Virus record (IMG/VR): IMGVR_UViG_3300035208_003131 | Span: 20,210 to 84,209 of that record | Direction: 5' to 3' (one strand) | DNA length: 64,000 bases | Source: a virus | Taxonomy: Duplodnaviria > Caudoviricetes | In this document: in pieces, positions 9,385 to 18,303 of the stretch | Layout of the letters: each line of letters starts with the position of its first letter | Position numbering within the stretch: position 1 is the stretch's first letter | Notes under the pieces: model-generated | What the model saw: the letters and a program-made list of their open reading frames with translations, nothing else | What the model was told of the DNA's origin: nothing | Database searches by the model: none | Made by a program: the position numbers and the translations under genes

Positions 9385-10167
9385 TTATTTTTTAGTAGCT
9401 TTCTTGGTCACTTTTTTAGTGGCCTTTTTTGTAGCTTTTTTCTTAACTACATTTTTTGTAGCTTTTTTCTTAACTACATTTTTTGTAGCTTTTTTCTTAA
9501 CTACATTTTTACTTTTAATAGATATAGGTGGTTGATCGTCTTCATATTTTTTTGTAGCAAATGGCAACCCATGTTCATCAATCTCTTTTTGTAATTTTGC
9601 GGCTTTAGCTTTCATTCGTTGAGCTTCTTCATCTCTACGTTTTCTCTCTTTAGCTTCTTTTAAAAGTAATTGATATTCATCACTCTTGATAATATCATCA
9701 ACATCGTTATCATTAATACCATTCATAGAATCATATATAATAGTGGGTTCAGGTAAATTATTTTCAGAAGATTTTTTTACTTTACCGGTATATTTATCAG
9801 TTACCTTAACACCTGTAATTCTATCTACCATATATCCATTACATGAGACTTCATCACCCAAATAATCTAATTGATCTGGATGGGTTACATTATGTCTCCA
9901 AGGATTAGCTGATCTATCATGTGTGACACATGCATATTTATCTTCATATATAGTAAGTTTCGATTTAAGATCCGATATTTGTTTATTTTGAGCTAATAAT
10001 GTTTTATTAAAATTACTAACAGCAAGTTTATGTACTTTAGCATCTTCAAGCTCTTTAATTATATTGGCAGTTACATCGTTATTTAATAACTGACTTATTT
10101 TATTGATTGAATCAACGTCAAATCCAGCGTCAAATAATGATGTAATTAATTGTTTAATATTATACAT
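9385..10167 (-). CDS. Hypothetical protein with histone-H1-like Lys/Ala/Thr-rich C-terminal tail
   Basis: Ends in (KKKATKNVV)x3 followed by KKATKKVTKKATKK. Start moved to 10167 (AAAGGA SD). Confidence 0.7.
   Translation of the reverse strand: MYNIKQLITSLFDAGFDVDSINKISQLLNNDVTANIIKELEDAKVHKLAVSNFNKTLLAQNKQISDLKSKLTIYEDKYACVTHDRSANPWRHNVTHPDQLDYLGDEVSCNGYMVDRITGVKVTDKYTGKVKKSSENNLPEPTIIYDSMNGINDNDVDDIIKSDEYQLLLKEAKERKRRDEEAQRMKAKAAKLQKEIDEHGLPFATKKYEDDQPPISIKSKNVVKKKATKNVVKKKATKNVVKKKATKKATKKVTKKATKK
9425..9505. repeat. Three perfect 27-bp tandem repeats
   Basis: The unit ttttttgtagcttttttcttaactaca occurs at 9425, 9452 and 9479 and encodes a 9-aa Lys-rich repeat on the minus strand. Confidence 0.95.
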
Positions 10168-10244
10168 ATTAATTCCTTTTAATGAATGTACATATAAAAA
10201 TACTATATTAAAATATAAATGCCCATAACAATAACATAACTTTA

Positions 10245-10253
10245 TATAAACTA
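10245..10253 (+). promoter_or_regulatory. Late promoter TATAAACTA
   Basis: Exact motif 23 nt upstream of ORF 10276. Confidence 0.7.
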
Positions 10254-10275
10254 TGAATAAATTAGGTAGAACATA

Positions 10276-11013
10276 ATGGATAAAAGATATTTTCATAATT
10301 ATTTAAATAAATTAAAAGACTCAAGCCCTGATGATTTTGCTTTAATTGAAAGCATTCAAAATACATTTGAGACTACGGTTGACTGTATTACTGATGATCA
10401 ACGCAGAGCATTAAGAAATCACCCAATTCAATTTATTGAACGCAAATTACAGGAAGATGGTAGTTGGACTACCGATCTACATTTATGGGCTGAAAACGGA
10501 CTACCAGAACTAATTGAATTAGATCCGATGATACTAGCACATAAAAATGGGTACGGTGATACTATACTTATGTCACTTGTTGTTGGTGCGACTGGAGCAC
10601 ACACCGAAGTAGTTAATTATAAATTAATTCAAAAAATTCTTGAAACCGATCTCAATTATGACGACATTGAACGTAATGGCGACGAAGAGAAAATTATACC
10701 ATCTAATGTATTAGATATTGAAGATTTAAATGGTGAAAGCGTTTTAGACTACCTTATAGACTTCGCATATGCAACTGGAGCCTATGAGGGCCAAGAACCA
10801 GATGAGAAGCTTCAGATGCTCTTAAAATACTTTGCTGAGTATGATGGAGAGGAAGAAGATCCCGAACCAGAACCAGTGAAAATTATCATCCATGATGAAC
10901 CTGAGATTAAAAATAAAGATCCCGAAGAATTACAAGAAGATAACAAAGACTTAGATATAAAAAATCACGTTTCTCCTAACTCTTCATCTATAATATCATC
11001 AACAACAGTCTGA
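10276..11013 (+). CDS. Late hypothetical protein, acidic, with degenerate ankyrin-like motifs
   Basis: LAHKNGYGDTILMSLV and LDIEDLNGESVLDYL resemble ankyrin hairpin-helix starts. Preceded by the late motif and an AGG SD. Confidence 0.5.
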   Translation: MDKRYFHNYLNKLKDSSPDDFALIESIQNTFETTVDCITDDQRRALRNHPIQFIERKLQEDGSWTTDLHLWAENGLPELIELDPMILAHKNGYGDTILMSLVVGATGAHTEVVNYKLIQKILETDLNYDDIERNGDEEKIIPSNVLDIEDLNGESVLDYLIDFAYATGAYEGQEPDEKLQMLLKYFAEYDGEEEDPEPEPVKIIIHDEPEIKNKDPEELQEDNKDLDIKNHVSPNSSSIISSTTV

Positions 11014-11165
11014 TATTTAGCTATAAGTCTTTCTTGTTCAGTTTTAATATAACCTGCACGAATATATTGCAGATTTAAGCCTCGGTCAATTATGACTTGG
11101 GCTTTTTTTTCGTCTATATTAAAATACCGCTGTACTAATTCAATGTCTGTTAGTTCTTCATGCAT
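10965..11165 (-). CDS. Hypothetical protein (66 aa)
   Basis: ORF continuing the gp44-gp62 operon; plausible amino-acid composition. Confidence 0.55.
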   Translation of the reverse strand: MHEELTDIELVQRYFNIDEKKAQVIIDRGLNLQYIRAGYIKTEQERLIAKYQTVVDDIIDEELGET

Positions 11166-11180
11166 ATTAACAATATATAC

Positions 11181-11351
11181 CTATTGAGTAAACTTAATAA
11201 GGTAAACTACAAAATTACCGAGCCATACACCAAGTGATAATCCATATACAGCACCCATCTCATAATCAGAGATATAATGTATAAATATACCAAGACCTAG
11301 TGCAATGAGTGCAGCTAATGTTGCAAATCCTAACGCTTCAAAAAATATCAT
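11181..11351 (-). CDS. Small two-TM membrane protein (56 aa), absent from the ORF track
   Basis: Translated manually: MIFFEALGFATLAALIALGLGIFIHYISDYEMGAVYGLSLGVWLGNFVVYLIKFTQ. It has an ATGA overlap with the gp62 stop and fills an otherwise empty gap. Confidence 0.7.
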   Translation of the reverse strand: MIFFEALGFATLAALIALGLGIFIHYISDYEMGAVYGLSLGVWLGNFVVYLIKFTQ

Positions 11352-11785
11352 TTTCGTTTCCTTGCTCGTTGTTTTCTAAAATTGATACTTTTATTGTCAA
11401 ACAATTTAGCATGCAACTCTTCAACTTCTTTCATATCAACAGTTTTAAATTTAATACATGAATCAGCTTCGTTGTATGATAGATCAAATACTTCCATGAC
11501 CATAGATACCTGATCTTTTAATTGTTTTGTACTTCCAGCTTTAGCTTTCTTCCACCGCATATCAAATGCAACACCATCAAATGATGTGAAAGCTAAACAC
11601 TGGATGTTTTTTGGTAGCTTAAAAAACTGTTCTGTATTAATTGCATCACAAATATTATTAAATCTACTATCCATAGATAATGCCATTTGTGTCATATATA
11701 AATTAAATTCCTTAAGATCTTCAGGTGAAGGTTCAACTCCAAACTTTCGGTCTTTAAGAAATTCAAAATGATTAAACTTAGCCAT
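11348..11785 (-). CDS. gp62: Clamp loader small subunit (T4 gp62)
   Basis: FNLYMTQMALS...INTEQFFKLPKNIQ...WKKAK...VMEVFDLSYNEA pattern; immediately downstream of gp44. Confidence 0.8.
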   Translation of the reverse strand: MAKFNHFEFLKDRKFGVEPSPEDLKEFNLYMTQMALSMDSRFNNICDAINTEQFFKLPKNIQCLAFTSFDGVAFDMRWKKAKAGSTKQLKDQVSMVMEVFDLSYNEADSCIKFKTVDMKEVEELHAKLFDNKSINFRKQRARKRK

Positions 11786-11787
11786 AA

Positions 11788-12816
11788 TTAACCTTGGGTT
11801 TTTAGTAACAACATAGTTTTTGCAAGAAATCCATTCATATTAATTTCTTGATCAACAGCAGGAGCCGCAGAACGAAATTGATATTCAGCTAATTGTACAG
11901 CAAAATTTAGACGATACTTTTTATCCATGTTTGTAATTGCAAATTCACCTAGAGGAGCATATACAGATTGAAAATCAACAATTGTACTTGATACAAACTG
12001 TCTCAGTCCCATATAATCATTCTTACATATAAAATCCCAAATGGTTTGAATATGATCATATGTAACAAAGGTAGGTTCGCCATCGATATTACCCTTGTTC
12101 TCTAAAAAATTAATGAACATACTTTGTATAATTGATCTAAAATCGGGATAATAGTAACGAGCCATTTGTTTTAATGTCTCTTGATTTACAGTACCACCTT
12201 TATCTTCAACTTCAACTTTAGCAATATACTTCATACGATTAAATAATTGGCGTTTCACTTCATTATCATTCATATCATATGCAAATGAAATTGGAGCACA
12301 TCGAGACGATATTGATTCAGGTATTTTGTAAAGGTTATTGCACGTAAGAATAAATCTAAGTGTACCCTCAGTTGCTTCAATTAATGAATTAAGCCCGTTA
12401 TAAAACTTACCAGCATCTTGAGCCTTTGGTCTATCAGCTTCATCGATAATTACAAATCGAGGTTTTCCATCCATCGATTTTTGAGCAGCAAATGCACGGA
12501 TATGATCAAATATTTCAGATCCAGATTCAGCACCAGCATAAAAATCATAATCAGCATTTAATTGAGTTGGGATTACTCGTGCGGTTGTTGTCTTACCAGT
12601 TCCAGGTTTACCAGAATGTAAAATCATGTGAGTAAACTCATTCTTAGCTAATCCATATTCAATCATAGATTTAATTCGTGTAGGAAGAATAGTTTCTTCA
12701 ATTGATTGTGGTCTCCATCGTGCGACCCACGGTGATTTTAGCTGTACAACACTTAAAGCTTCTTGACTCATGCTTTCAGTTTCCGCTACGCCTTCACCTG
12801 TAAAAATGTCTTCCAT
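11788..12816 (-). CDS. gp44: Clamp loader AAA+ subunit (T4 gp44)
   Basis: PWVARWRPQSIEETILP, Walker A GKPGTGKT, IIDEAD, SRC and YYPDFR. Start moved to 12816 (GAGG SD). Confidence 0.95.
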   Translation of the reverse strand: MEDIFTGEGVAETESMSQEALSVVQLKSPWVARWRPQSIEETILPTRIKSMIEYGLAKNEFTHMILHSGKPGTGKTTTARVIPTQLNADYDFYAGAESGSEIFDHIRAFAAQKSMDGKPRFVIIDEADRPKAQDAGKFYNGLNSLIEATEGTLRFILTCNNLYKIPESISSRCAPISFAYDMNDNEVKRQLFNRMKYIAKVEVEDKGGTVNQETLKQMARYYYPDFRSIIQSMFINFLENKGNIDGEPTFVTYDHIQTIWDFICKNDYMGLRQFVSSTIVDFQSVYAPLGEFAITNMDKKYRLNFAVQLAEYQFRSAAPAVDQEINMNGFLAKTMLLLKTQG

Positions 12817-12840
12817 TATATAACCTCGTTGTTTAACACA

Positions 12841-12850
12841 AAAGATAGCA
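12841..12850 (-). promoter_or_regulatory. Early/middle promoter TGCTATCTTT (gp44 operon)
   Basis: Variant of the TGnTAT(A/C)TTT motif, 25 nt upstream of the gp44 start. Confidence 0.55.
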
Positions 12851-12878
12851 ACTTTATAGCATAACAGGAACAGAAATT

Positions 12879-12887
12879 TATAAACTA
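12879..12887 (+). promoter_or_regulatory. Late promoter TATAAACTA
   Basis: Exact motif ending 6 nt before the ATG of ORF 12893. Confidence 0.65.
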
Positions 12888-12892
12888 TTACC

Positions 12893-13285
12893 ATGAACAA
12901 ATTTATTACATTTATAGAAAGTTTACGTAATTCGTCAAACGATGAATTAATCAATATAATTAAAGAAGGTTATCATATTATATATGAATCTTTAAGCACA
13001 GACGACGCAAATGGAAAACCAAATGGTAATACCGTTTCAGATCCAAGCGTTGCAAGTGTTGTTGACTATCAACAAAATGATAATAATGAATATTTCCCAC
13101 AAACACTAACCGATACCAAACTAGATAAAGTATCTAAATCATACATCGGTAGTAGAGTAGCTGCATACCCACAAGCTGCACGTACATCTGTGGGTAAAGA
13201 CCCCATAAATAAATTCCAATCTACACCAAATGTAAATGGTGTAGGTGGAGAATATGCAGGTGGTGGATCAGGTGGACTTAAATAA
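12893..13285 (+). CDS. Late hypothetical protein carrying the shared N-terminal helical module (candidate internal head protein)
   Basis: Starts MNKFITFIESLRNSSNDELINIIKEGYHIIYES; late promoter upstream. Confidence 0.6.
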   Translation: MNKFITFIESLRNSSNDELINIIKEGYHIIYESLSTDDANGKPNGNTVSDPSVASVVDYQQNDNNEYFPQTLTDTKLDKVSKSYIGSRVAAYPQAARTSVGKDPINKFQSTPNVNGVGGEYAGGGSGGLK

Positions 13286-13308
13286 AAAATATTTAAGTCT
13301 ATTACCCA

Positions 13309-16170
13309 TTATAAAAACTCAACGAGGTTATCACTCTCATCATGTTCTAAATTTTTACCCCAACCAACAGCTATGAAAATTTTATCCATTGTTTGAGCAA
13401 TATTTTTAAGCCATTGTTCATCCCAATCTGGAGTAAAAATTTCTAATAATCTTGGTGGACATGATTCACCGATATACGCAATAGAGTTGATGTTAAATTT
13501 ATTTGGTGCAACTTTAATAAACTTCACTTTAGCCGATTCAAAAATAGGTTCAAGTGGAAGCTCGGATAGTTGTGGATCTGTTTCAATTAAATAATTCCAT
13601 ACAGATGCCGATCGCAATCTCCAATCAACGGTTTTACGGTCTTCTTCACTCCATGTAATATATTGTTCCCACTTTGGTGGATTTTGCTTTACACCAGACG
13701 GTATTGAAATTTCATAAATTCGGCCTTCATCAATACATTCATAGAACTCAGATTTAATTTTTAAATATTCGGCTCTTATATAACCTTTATCCATATTATC
13801 AAACATTTTATAAATTAAACCTAAGATACGCTCACGAGCAAACGGAGTTGTCGAACTACGAACAATTTCCATACCAGTAATTGCAAACTTAGCTTCTAAT
13901 ACATATTCACCAGTTTTTTTAATAAGTTTTTTATCAAAATATTTAGCATCTTCATTACTCTCAACACGACAGATATATTTCTTTTTTCTTGTTACAATCG
14001 CTTGATGAATACATTTTTCTCGTTTTAAAAAAATTGTATTTTCACGATAATTCCATTTATCGGAGTAACGTTGCATAATATCAGCAAGTGTATCTTCCAT
14101 AAGACCAGCATCAAGTATACGACAGAAATCCGTTAGTAGATTTCTATTATATATAATTCGATATTCACCTGCAACTACAATTCCTTCGGCGAATGCATGT
14201 TTCTTTTTACCATTATCCAACGTAGCCCATTCATCGGAATATTTTATACATGCTGTATTAAATGCTTTCTTAGAATCTAATTCACCATCAGGTAAATCAA
14301 ATGGATACTTTTCAATTATCTGATTACCCTTGAATACAATTACACTAATTTTCTTACCAACTAGTAATGCCGAATCTTTATAGAAATCTTCATACTTTAC
14401 AAAGAACGAATCAGTATCACCATGCGACATACGTCTATATGCAAGATCACCATCTTCATTTTCAAATGTACCACTAAGTGTAGGATCTATAGTTGGTTTA
14501 TGTCCAAACATATTTTCAAATCGTTTATCATCTTTAAAATCATCTTCAAAATATTGATTCAATTCTTTAATAGTTGTGGTGATCAATTCACGACCCAACG
14601 CAGTAATAGTAGCACTGTTATCGATATCATATAACTGAAAATATGGATTGCCTAATAATCCATACAATGAATTACCAAGAATCTTATATGTTTTCTGCTT
14701 CATATCATAGTAATCAGCAAGTACTTGATTACCATCTTTCATAGCTTTGAACATTAATTTTTTAAGTTCAGAACGTCCATCAAATAAAATCTTAACAACT
14801 TGTGGAACTATACCAACTTTATCCTTACGGTAATAAACTTGACGTTGTCCATTTGCAGTCCAAGGGCTTCTTACTAACGTGCGTTTTTCTTCAGCAGTTA
14901 ATTCATAATCCATTGGGAATGTAACTTTAGTTTCAGGACTAATATTTGCTCCCATCATAATTGACGGATACATTGAACGATAATCATATGATACTAAACA
15001 ATCATAATACCCCGGTGTGGAATATACATAAGCCCCAGGAAACCATTCACGTTCATTCTCTCTAAGAGGAGGAAGTGTTAATCCTTGTTTATGTAGATAG
15101 TTTAATAAAAAACCAACTAACATTTTTTTAGCTTCAAAAATAGCTGAAAATGGAACACGAGCCTCAGAACAAGCAGTTACAGTTGTTTCAAACATGCGAC
15201 ACTTGTCTTCAATTAATTTCATTAACTTAACATCTTTAAAATTATATAAAACGAAATCATCCCAATAATTAATCCATGACATATATCCATCAGGTAATGG
15301 AGCTTTGCGTTCACCTACTTCAATTTCACCAATAGTATCTAACTTAAAATTATCACGTTCTGAGAATGTGTATTTTTTATATAGTTGTAAAAAGTCAATA
15401 GTTTCAGTACCACCAATTTCTAACCGATTTGTACGTTTAGAAACATAAGCACTTTTATATTTCACAGGAAGTCTACTTAACGAACGAATATCAACATCAA
15501 GTCTAGCAGCACGATTAATTAAATATGGGAAATCATAAAAATCCGAATTCCACCCAGTAAGAATATCACACTCACTATCACCGATAGTTGAAAACAATTT
15601 ATTAAGTAAATCAGTTTCAGTTTTACAGTTAATATATGCACAATTTTCATCTGCAAGTTTCTTTGCAGTCTCTTCTTTAATCTCTCTATTAAGACCAAAT
15701 GTATAATACGTACCAACTTTTGATAAATAAATAGTAACACAGTTAACCGGATACTCAGCTTTTTCAGCCGTTGGAAATTTACCTTTAGTTGCAACTTCTA
15801 TATCAATAAAACATGTATTAACATCTTTTGGATTAAATCTAATTTCTTCTTGATCTTCGTATTGGTTTTGTAACCAACGAGTTCTAAAATCTACATCACA
15901 TTCTGCTAATTGATTATAACGACCCGCATGCTGACTTCGAAGGTCACCCTCGGTTTTACCATCAGTAATAACTTCATACATTGGTTTGTCATATATATTT
16001 TTCATACCACACGGATATGCCCCATATTCACCACGATTAGGTGTGAAAAAACGATGCTTTACAGGGTATGATAGTCTCTTTCCATCAGTATACCAAACGA
16101 ATACTCTATCCGATCTACGATCATGATGGATTGAACTCCACATTTTCTTCTTTTCTTTTACTTCAGTCAT
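13309..16170 (-). CDS. gp43: Family B DNA polymerase (T4 gp43)
   Basis: Exonuclease motifs DIEV, GWNSDFYD and YNFKDV; polymerase motifs YDYRSMYPSI, KILGNSLYG, GDTDS and KKKY; C-terminal clamp-binding-like NLVEFL. Start moved to 16170. Confidence 0.97.
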   Translation of the reverse strand: MTEVKEKKKMWSSIHHDRRSDRVFVWYTDGKRLSYPVKHRFFTPNRGEYGAYPCGMKNIYDKPMYEVITDGKTEGDLRSQHAGRYNQLAECDVDFRTRWLQNQYEDQEEIRFNPKDVNTCFIDIEVATKGKFPTAEKAEYPVNCVTIYLSKVGTYYTFGLNREIKEETAKKLADENCAYINCKTETDLLNKLFSTIGDSECDILTGWNSDFYDFPYLINRAARLDVDIRSLSRLPVKYKSAYVSKRTNRLEIGGTETIDFLQLYKKYTFSERDNFKLDTIGEIEVGERKAPLPDGYMSWINYWDDFVLYNFKDVKLMKLIEDKCRMFETTVTACSEARVPFSAIFEAKKMLVGFLLNYLHKQGLTLPPLRENEREWFPGAYVYSTPGYYDCLVSYDYRSMYPSIMMGANISPETKVTFPMDYELTAEEKRTLVRSPWTANGQRQVYYRKDKVGIVPQVVKILFDGRSELKKLMFKAMKDGNQVLADYYDMKQKTYKILGNSLYGLLGNPYFQLYDIDNSATITALGRELITTTIKELNQYFEDDFKDDKRFENMFGHKPTIDPTLSGTFENEDGDLAYRRMSHGDTDSFFVKYEDFYKDSALLVGKKISVIVFKGNQIIEKYPFDLPDGELDSKKAFNTACIKYSDEWATLDNGKKKHAFAEGIVVAGEYRIIYNRNLLTDFCRILDAGLMEDTLADIMQRYSDKWNYRENTIFLKREKCIHQAIVTRKKKYICRVESNEDAKYFDKKLIKKTGEYVLEAKFAITGMEIVRSSTTPFARERILGLIYKMFDNMDKGYIRAEYLKIKSEFYECIDEGRIYEISIPSGVKQNPPKWEQYITWSEEDRKTVDWRLRSASVWNYLIETDPQLSELPLEPIFESAKVKFIKVAPNKFNINSIAYIGESCPPRLLEIFTPDWDEQWLKNIAQTMDKIFIAVGWGKNLEHDESDNLVEFL

Positions 16171-16192
16171 ATATTTCCCACGATTCAAATAA

Positions 16193-16202
16193 AAATATAG
16201 CA
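16193..16202 (-). promoter_or_regulatory. Early/middle promoter TGCTATATTT (gp43)
   Basis: Identical to the motif upstream of dut and rnh. Confidence 0.6.
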
Positions 16203-16221
16203 AAAATTAAAACAAATGAAC

Positions 16222-16255
16222 AAAAAAAAACGACACAACACTAGTTGAATCGTTT
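16222..16255 (-). terminator. Intrinsic terminator after ORF 16283-17080
   Basis: Interrupted stem AAACGA..CAAC-ACTA-GTTG..TCGTTT, followed on the minus strand by a long T-run. Confidence 0.5.
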
Positions 16256-16282
16256 AATAATTATTATAATTTATTATTTTTA

Positions 16283-17080
16283 TTATATCAATGGTTTAAT
16301 TGATACCGCATATGCTTCAAGTACACCTTGAATATATTTAGAATTTTCATCATTCTTAATAGATTCTACAAATGCTTCAAACTTATCAGCGTTTTCTTTT
16401 AAAACTGCTTTTGCTTCAGCTTCTGGTTGAGTTTTAGCAACTTCCTCAAATTTCTTATTACCGTCAGCACCCTTTTGCATATCTTTCATAGAACTATCAG
16501 CTTGTTTTTCAACAGTATCATCAGCTTTATGTTCAGTTACACTGTGTTCAGTATTAGTATTTGCTTTATCAAGCTCTTTACTTTCCTTAGAACCAGTTTT
16601 GGCTGTAACGAAATCAGTTTGTTTAACTGCGTCTGCTTTCAAGAATTTTTCTGCACTGTCAACTCCACCCGATGGGTTAGCCGCATTAGCTTCATTGATG
16701 TTTTTCATTTTTTCTTCCTTTTTTATATTAGATTCAACTGTTTTACGTTTATTAGCGATATAAGCATCTTGATCATCGATGTTACCATCATTATTGATGT
16801 CTTCATCTTCTTTATCAACTTTATCCAATTTAGGTTCCGCTGATTCGGTAATACCAAATACTCCATTAACGCTTCGTTCAAGATCCGCAAAGTCTAGACG
16901 ATCATTTACATCATTACCTCTGCTTAGTATACCTTCAATTTCAGCACGAGTGTCATTAATTACGCCCTCGTTAATACTTTGTGTTACTGCGTTATACGCA
17001 GAATCGTCCATTGTTCCTTCTGTGATTCTATCGAACACATTGGCATCTCTCATTAATTTATCGAGGTCAAGCATATCCAT
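16283..17080 (-). CDS. Late protein, candidate prohead core/internal protein with an EF-hand-like loop
   Basis: Many (I/L/V)xE motifs, an EDINNDGNIDDQDAY loop and the shared helical module at the C-terminus; late promoter upstream. Confidence 0.55.
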   Translation of the reverse strand: MDMLDLDKLMRDANVFDRITEGTMDDSAYNAVTQSINEGVINDTRAEIEGILSRGNDVNDRLDFADLERSVNGVFGITESAEPKLDKVDKEDEDINNDGNIDDQDAYIANKRKTVESNIKKEEKMKNINEANAANPSGGVDSAEKFLKADAVKQTDFVTAKTGSKESKELDKANTNTEHSVTEHKADDTVEKQADSSMKDMQKGADGNKKFEEVAKTQPEAEAKAVLKENADKFEAFVESIKNDENSKYIQGVLEAYAVSIKPLI

Positions 17081-17123
17081 CTTATTTAGCTCCGTAACTG
17101 TAAATGATTACTTTCTTTACTTT

Positions 17124-17155
17124 TAGTTTATAAAAGATGGAAAAATTATAAACTT
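17124..17155. promoter_or_regulatory. Back-to-back late promoters (TATAAACTA minus 17124-17132; TATAAACTT plus 17147-17155)
   Basis: Divergent motifs between the two divergent genes 16283-17080 and 17180-17689. Confidence 0.7.
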
Positions 17156-17179
17156 TTTGTAACAACGTAGGTAATACAC

Positions 17180-17689
17180 ATGCAAGTAATTCATACATCA
17201 TACATAAAACGTATGGCAGATCAGACAGGAAAAACATATAGAGACCTTGAAAGTATATGGAAAAAATTTGAACGTGAAGTTCAAAATGAGCGAATGTTCA
17301 ATCCAAATAAATTTAGTCACATGCGTTCGACTGATGGTACAATAGCTCAAGAGATAGCAAAACGGTTTGAAGATTTTTTAGTAAATCCACTTGGAACCGA
17401 AGCTGAAAATCAGAATGAAAAAGTAGACGAAGTTCAAGATGAAATAGCAGCCGACGAAATTCAGGATAATATGGAGGAAGATATTGAATCCGACCTAGAA
17501 GGTGAACTCGTAGGTGACGAGCCTGATGAAGAAAATATAACCGATGAAACAGTAGAAGATACTAGCGATAAAATTGATAATGATATAGAGAAAGAATCAA
17601 CAGACGAAAAAACCTCAGATGAAAAAACATCCGAGGATATTGAACCTGATATTAATATGGACGATTTTGAAGATCTAGAAGAACTTTAA
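17180..17689 (+). CDS. Late hypothetical protein with a ChaB-like N-terminal helix and an acidic tail
   Basis: YIKRMADQTGKTYRDLESIWKK resembles ChaB-like helical motifs; the C-terminal half is D/E-rich. Confidence 0.5.
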   Translation: MQVIHTSYIKRMADQTGKTYRDLESIWKKFEREVQNERMFNPNKFSHMRSTDGTIAQEIAKRFEDFLVNPLGTEAENQNEKVDEVQDEIAADEIQDNMEEDIESDLEGELVGDEPDEENITDETVEDTSDKIDNDIEKESTDEKTSDEKTSEDIEPDINMDDFEDLEEL

Positions 17690-18303
17690 ATTTCATGAAA
17701 TGGATTAATCAGTTCTTTATTTAGAACATATTCTCTAATTTTTTGAACTACCCAATCAACCCTTTCATCTAATGTCGTCTGTTCAACCACTTCAAATGTA
17801 CACGGCTTAAACATTTTAAATAAAGATCTAGTAAACGCATCTGCTTGTGTTCGCCATTTTTTATCTTTAATACATTCATGTCTAACATCATCAAGTAATA
17901 CAGGAATTCCATCTTCTGGTAAATGAAATATGATATCATATGGACTGTCAGCAGTAATTTTTGAAATTTTTTTAAATATATCTGACATCACCATTTGTTC
18001 TTTTGCTGTACCACCGTTTAATTCAGTTGCATATAAAAATGCTAATTGTATTGGACTATCAGCGAGCATTACATCAATTTTAGATTTATCTGCGAGAGTT
18101 TCCCATTCCTGTTGTATATCAACAAGACGATACTGTTCCCATATATTCTCAATTCCACCATACTTGCGTATGTAAGATCGTGCATATTCTGATACTAACT
18201 CAACTCGGTTTAAATCTGTACTCTGTTTAAGAGCAAGATTTACAGCCTGAGTTAATGTGGTTTTACCTGTAGAAGGTAATCCCGAAAATCCAATTTTAAT
18301 CAT
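17686..18303 (-). CDS. NadR-type (AAA_28) nucleoside/nucleotide kinase-like ATPase
   Basis: KIGFSGLPSTGKTTLTQAV...VSEYARSYI and YDIIFHL match the NadR C-terminal kinase-like family. Confidence 0.75.
   Translation of the reverse strand: MIKIGFSGLPSTGKTTLTQAVNLALKQSTDLNRVELVSEYARSYIRKYGGIENIWEQYRLVDIQQEWETLADKSKIDVMLADSPIQLAFLYATELNGGTAKEQMVMSDIFKKISKITADSPYDIIFHLPEDGIPVLLDDVRHECIKDKKWRTQADAFTRSLFKMFKPCTFEVVEQTTLDERVDWVVQKIREYVLNKELINPFHEI

Noticed and set aside
17590-17640. EKSTDEKTSDEKTSED mini-repeat as a functional repeat locus
   Set aside because: It is a short, imperfect low-complexity duplication within an acidic tail.
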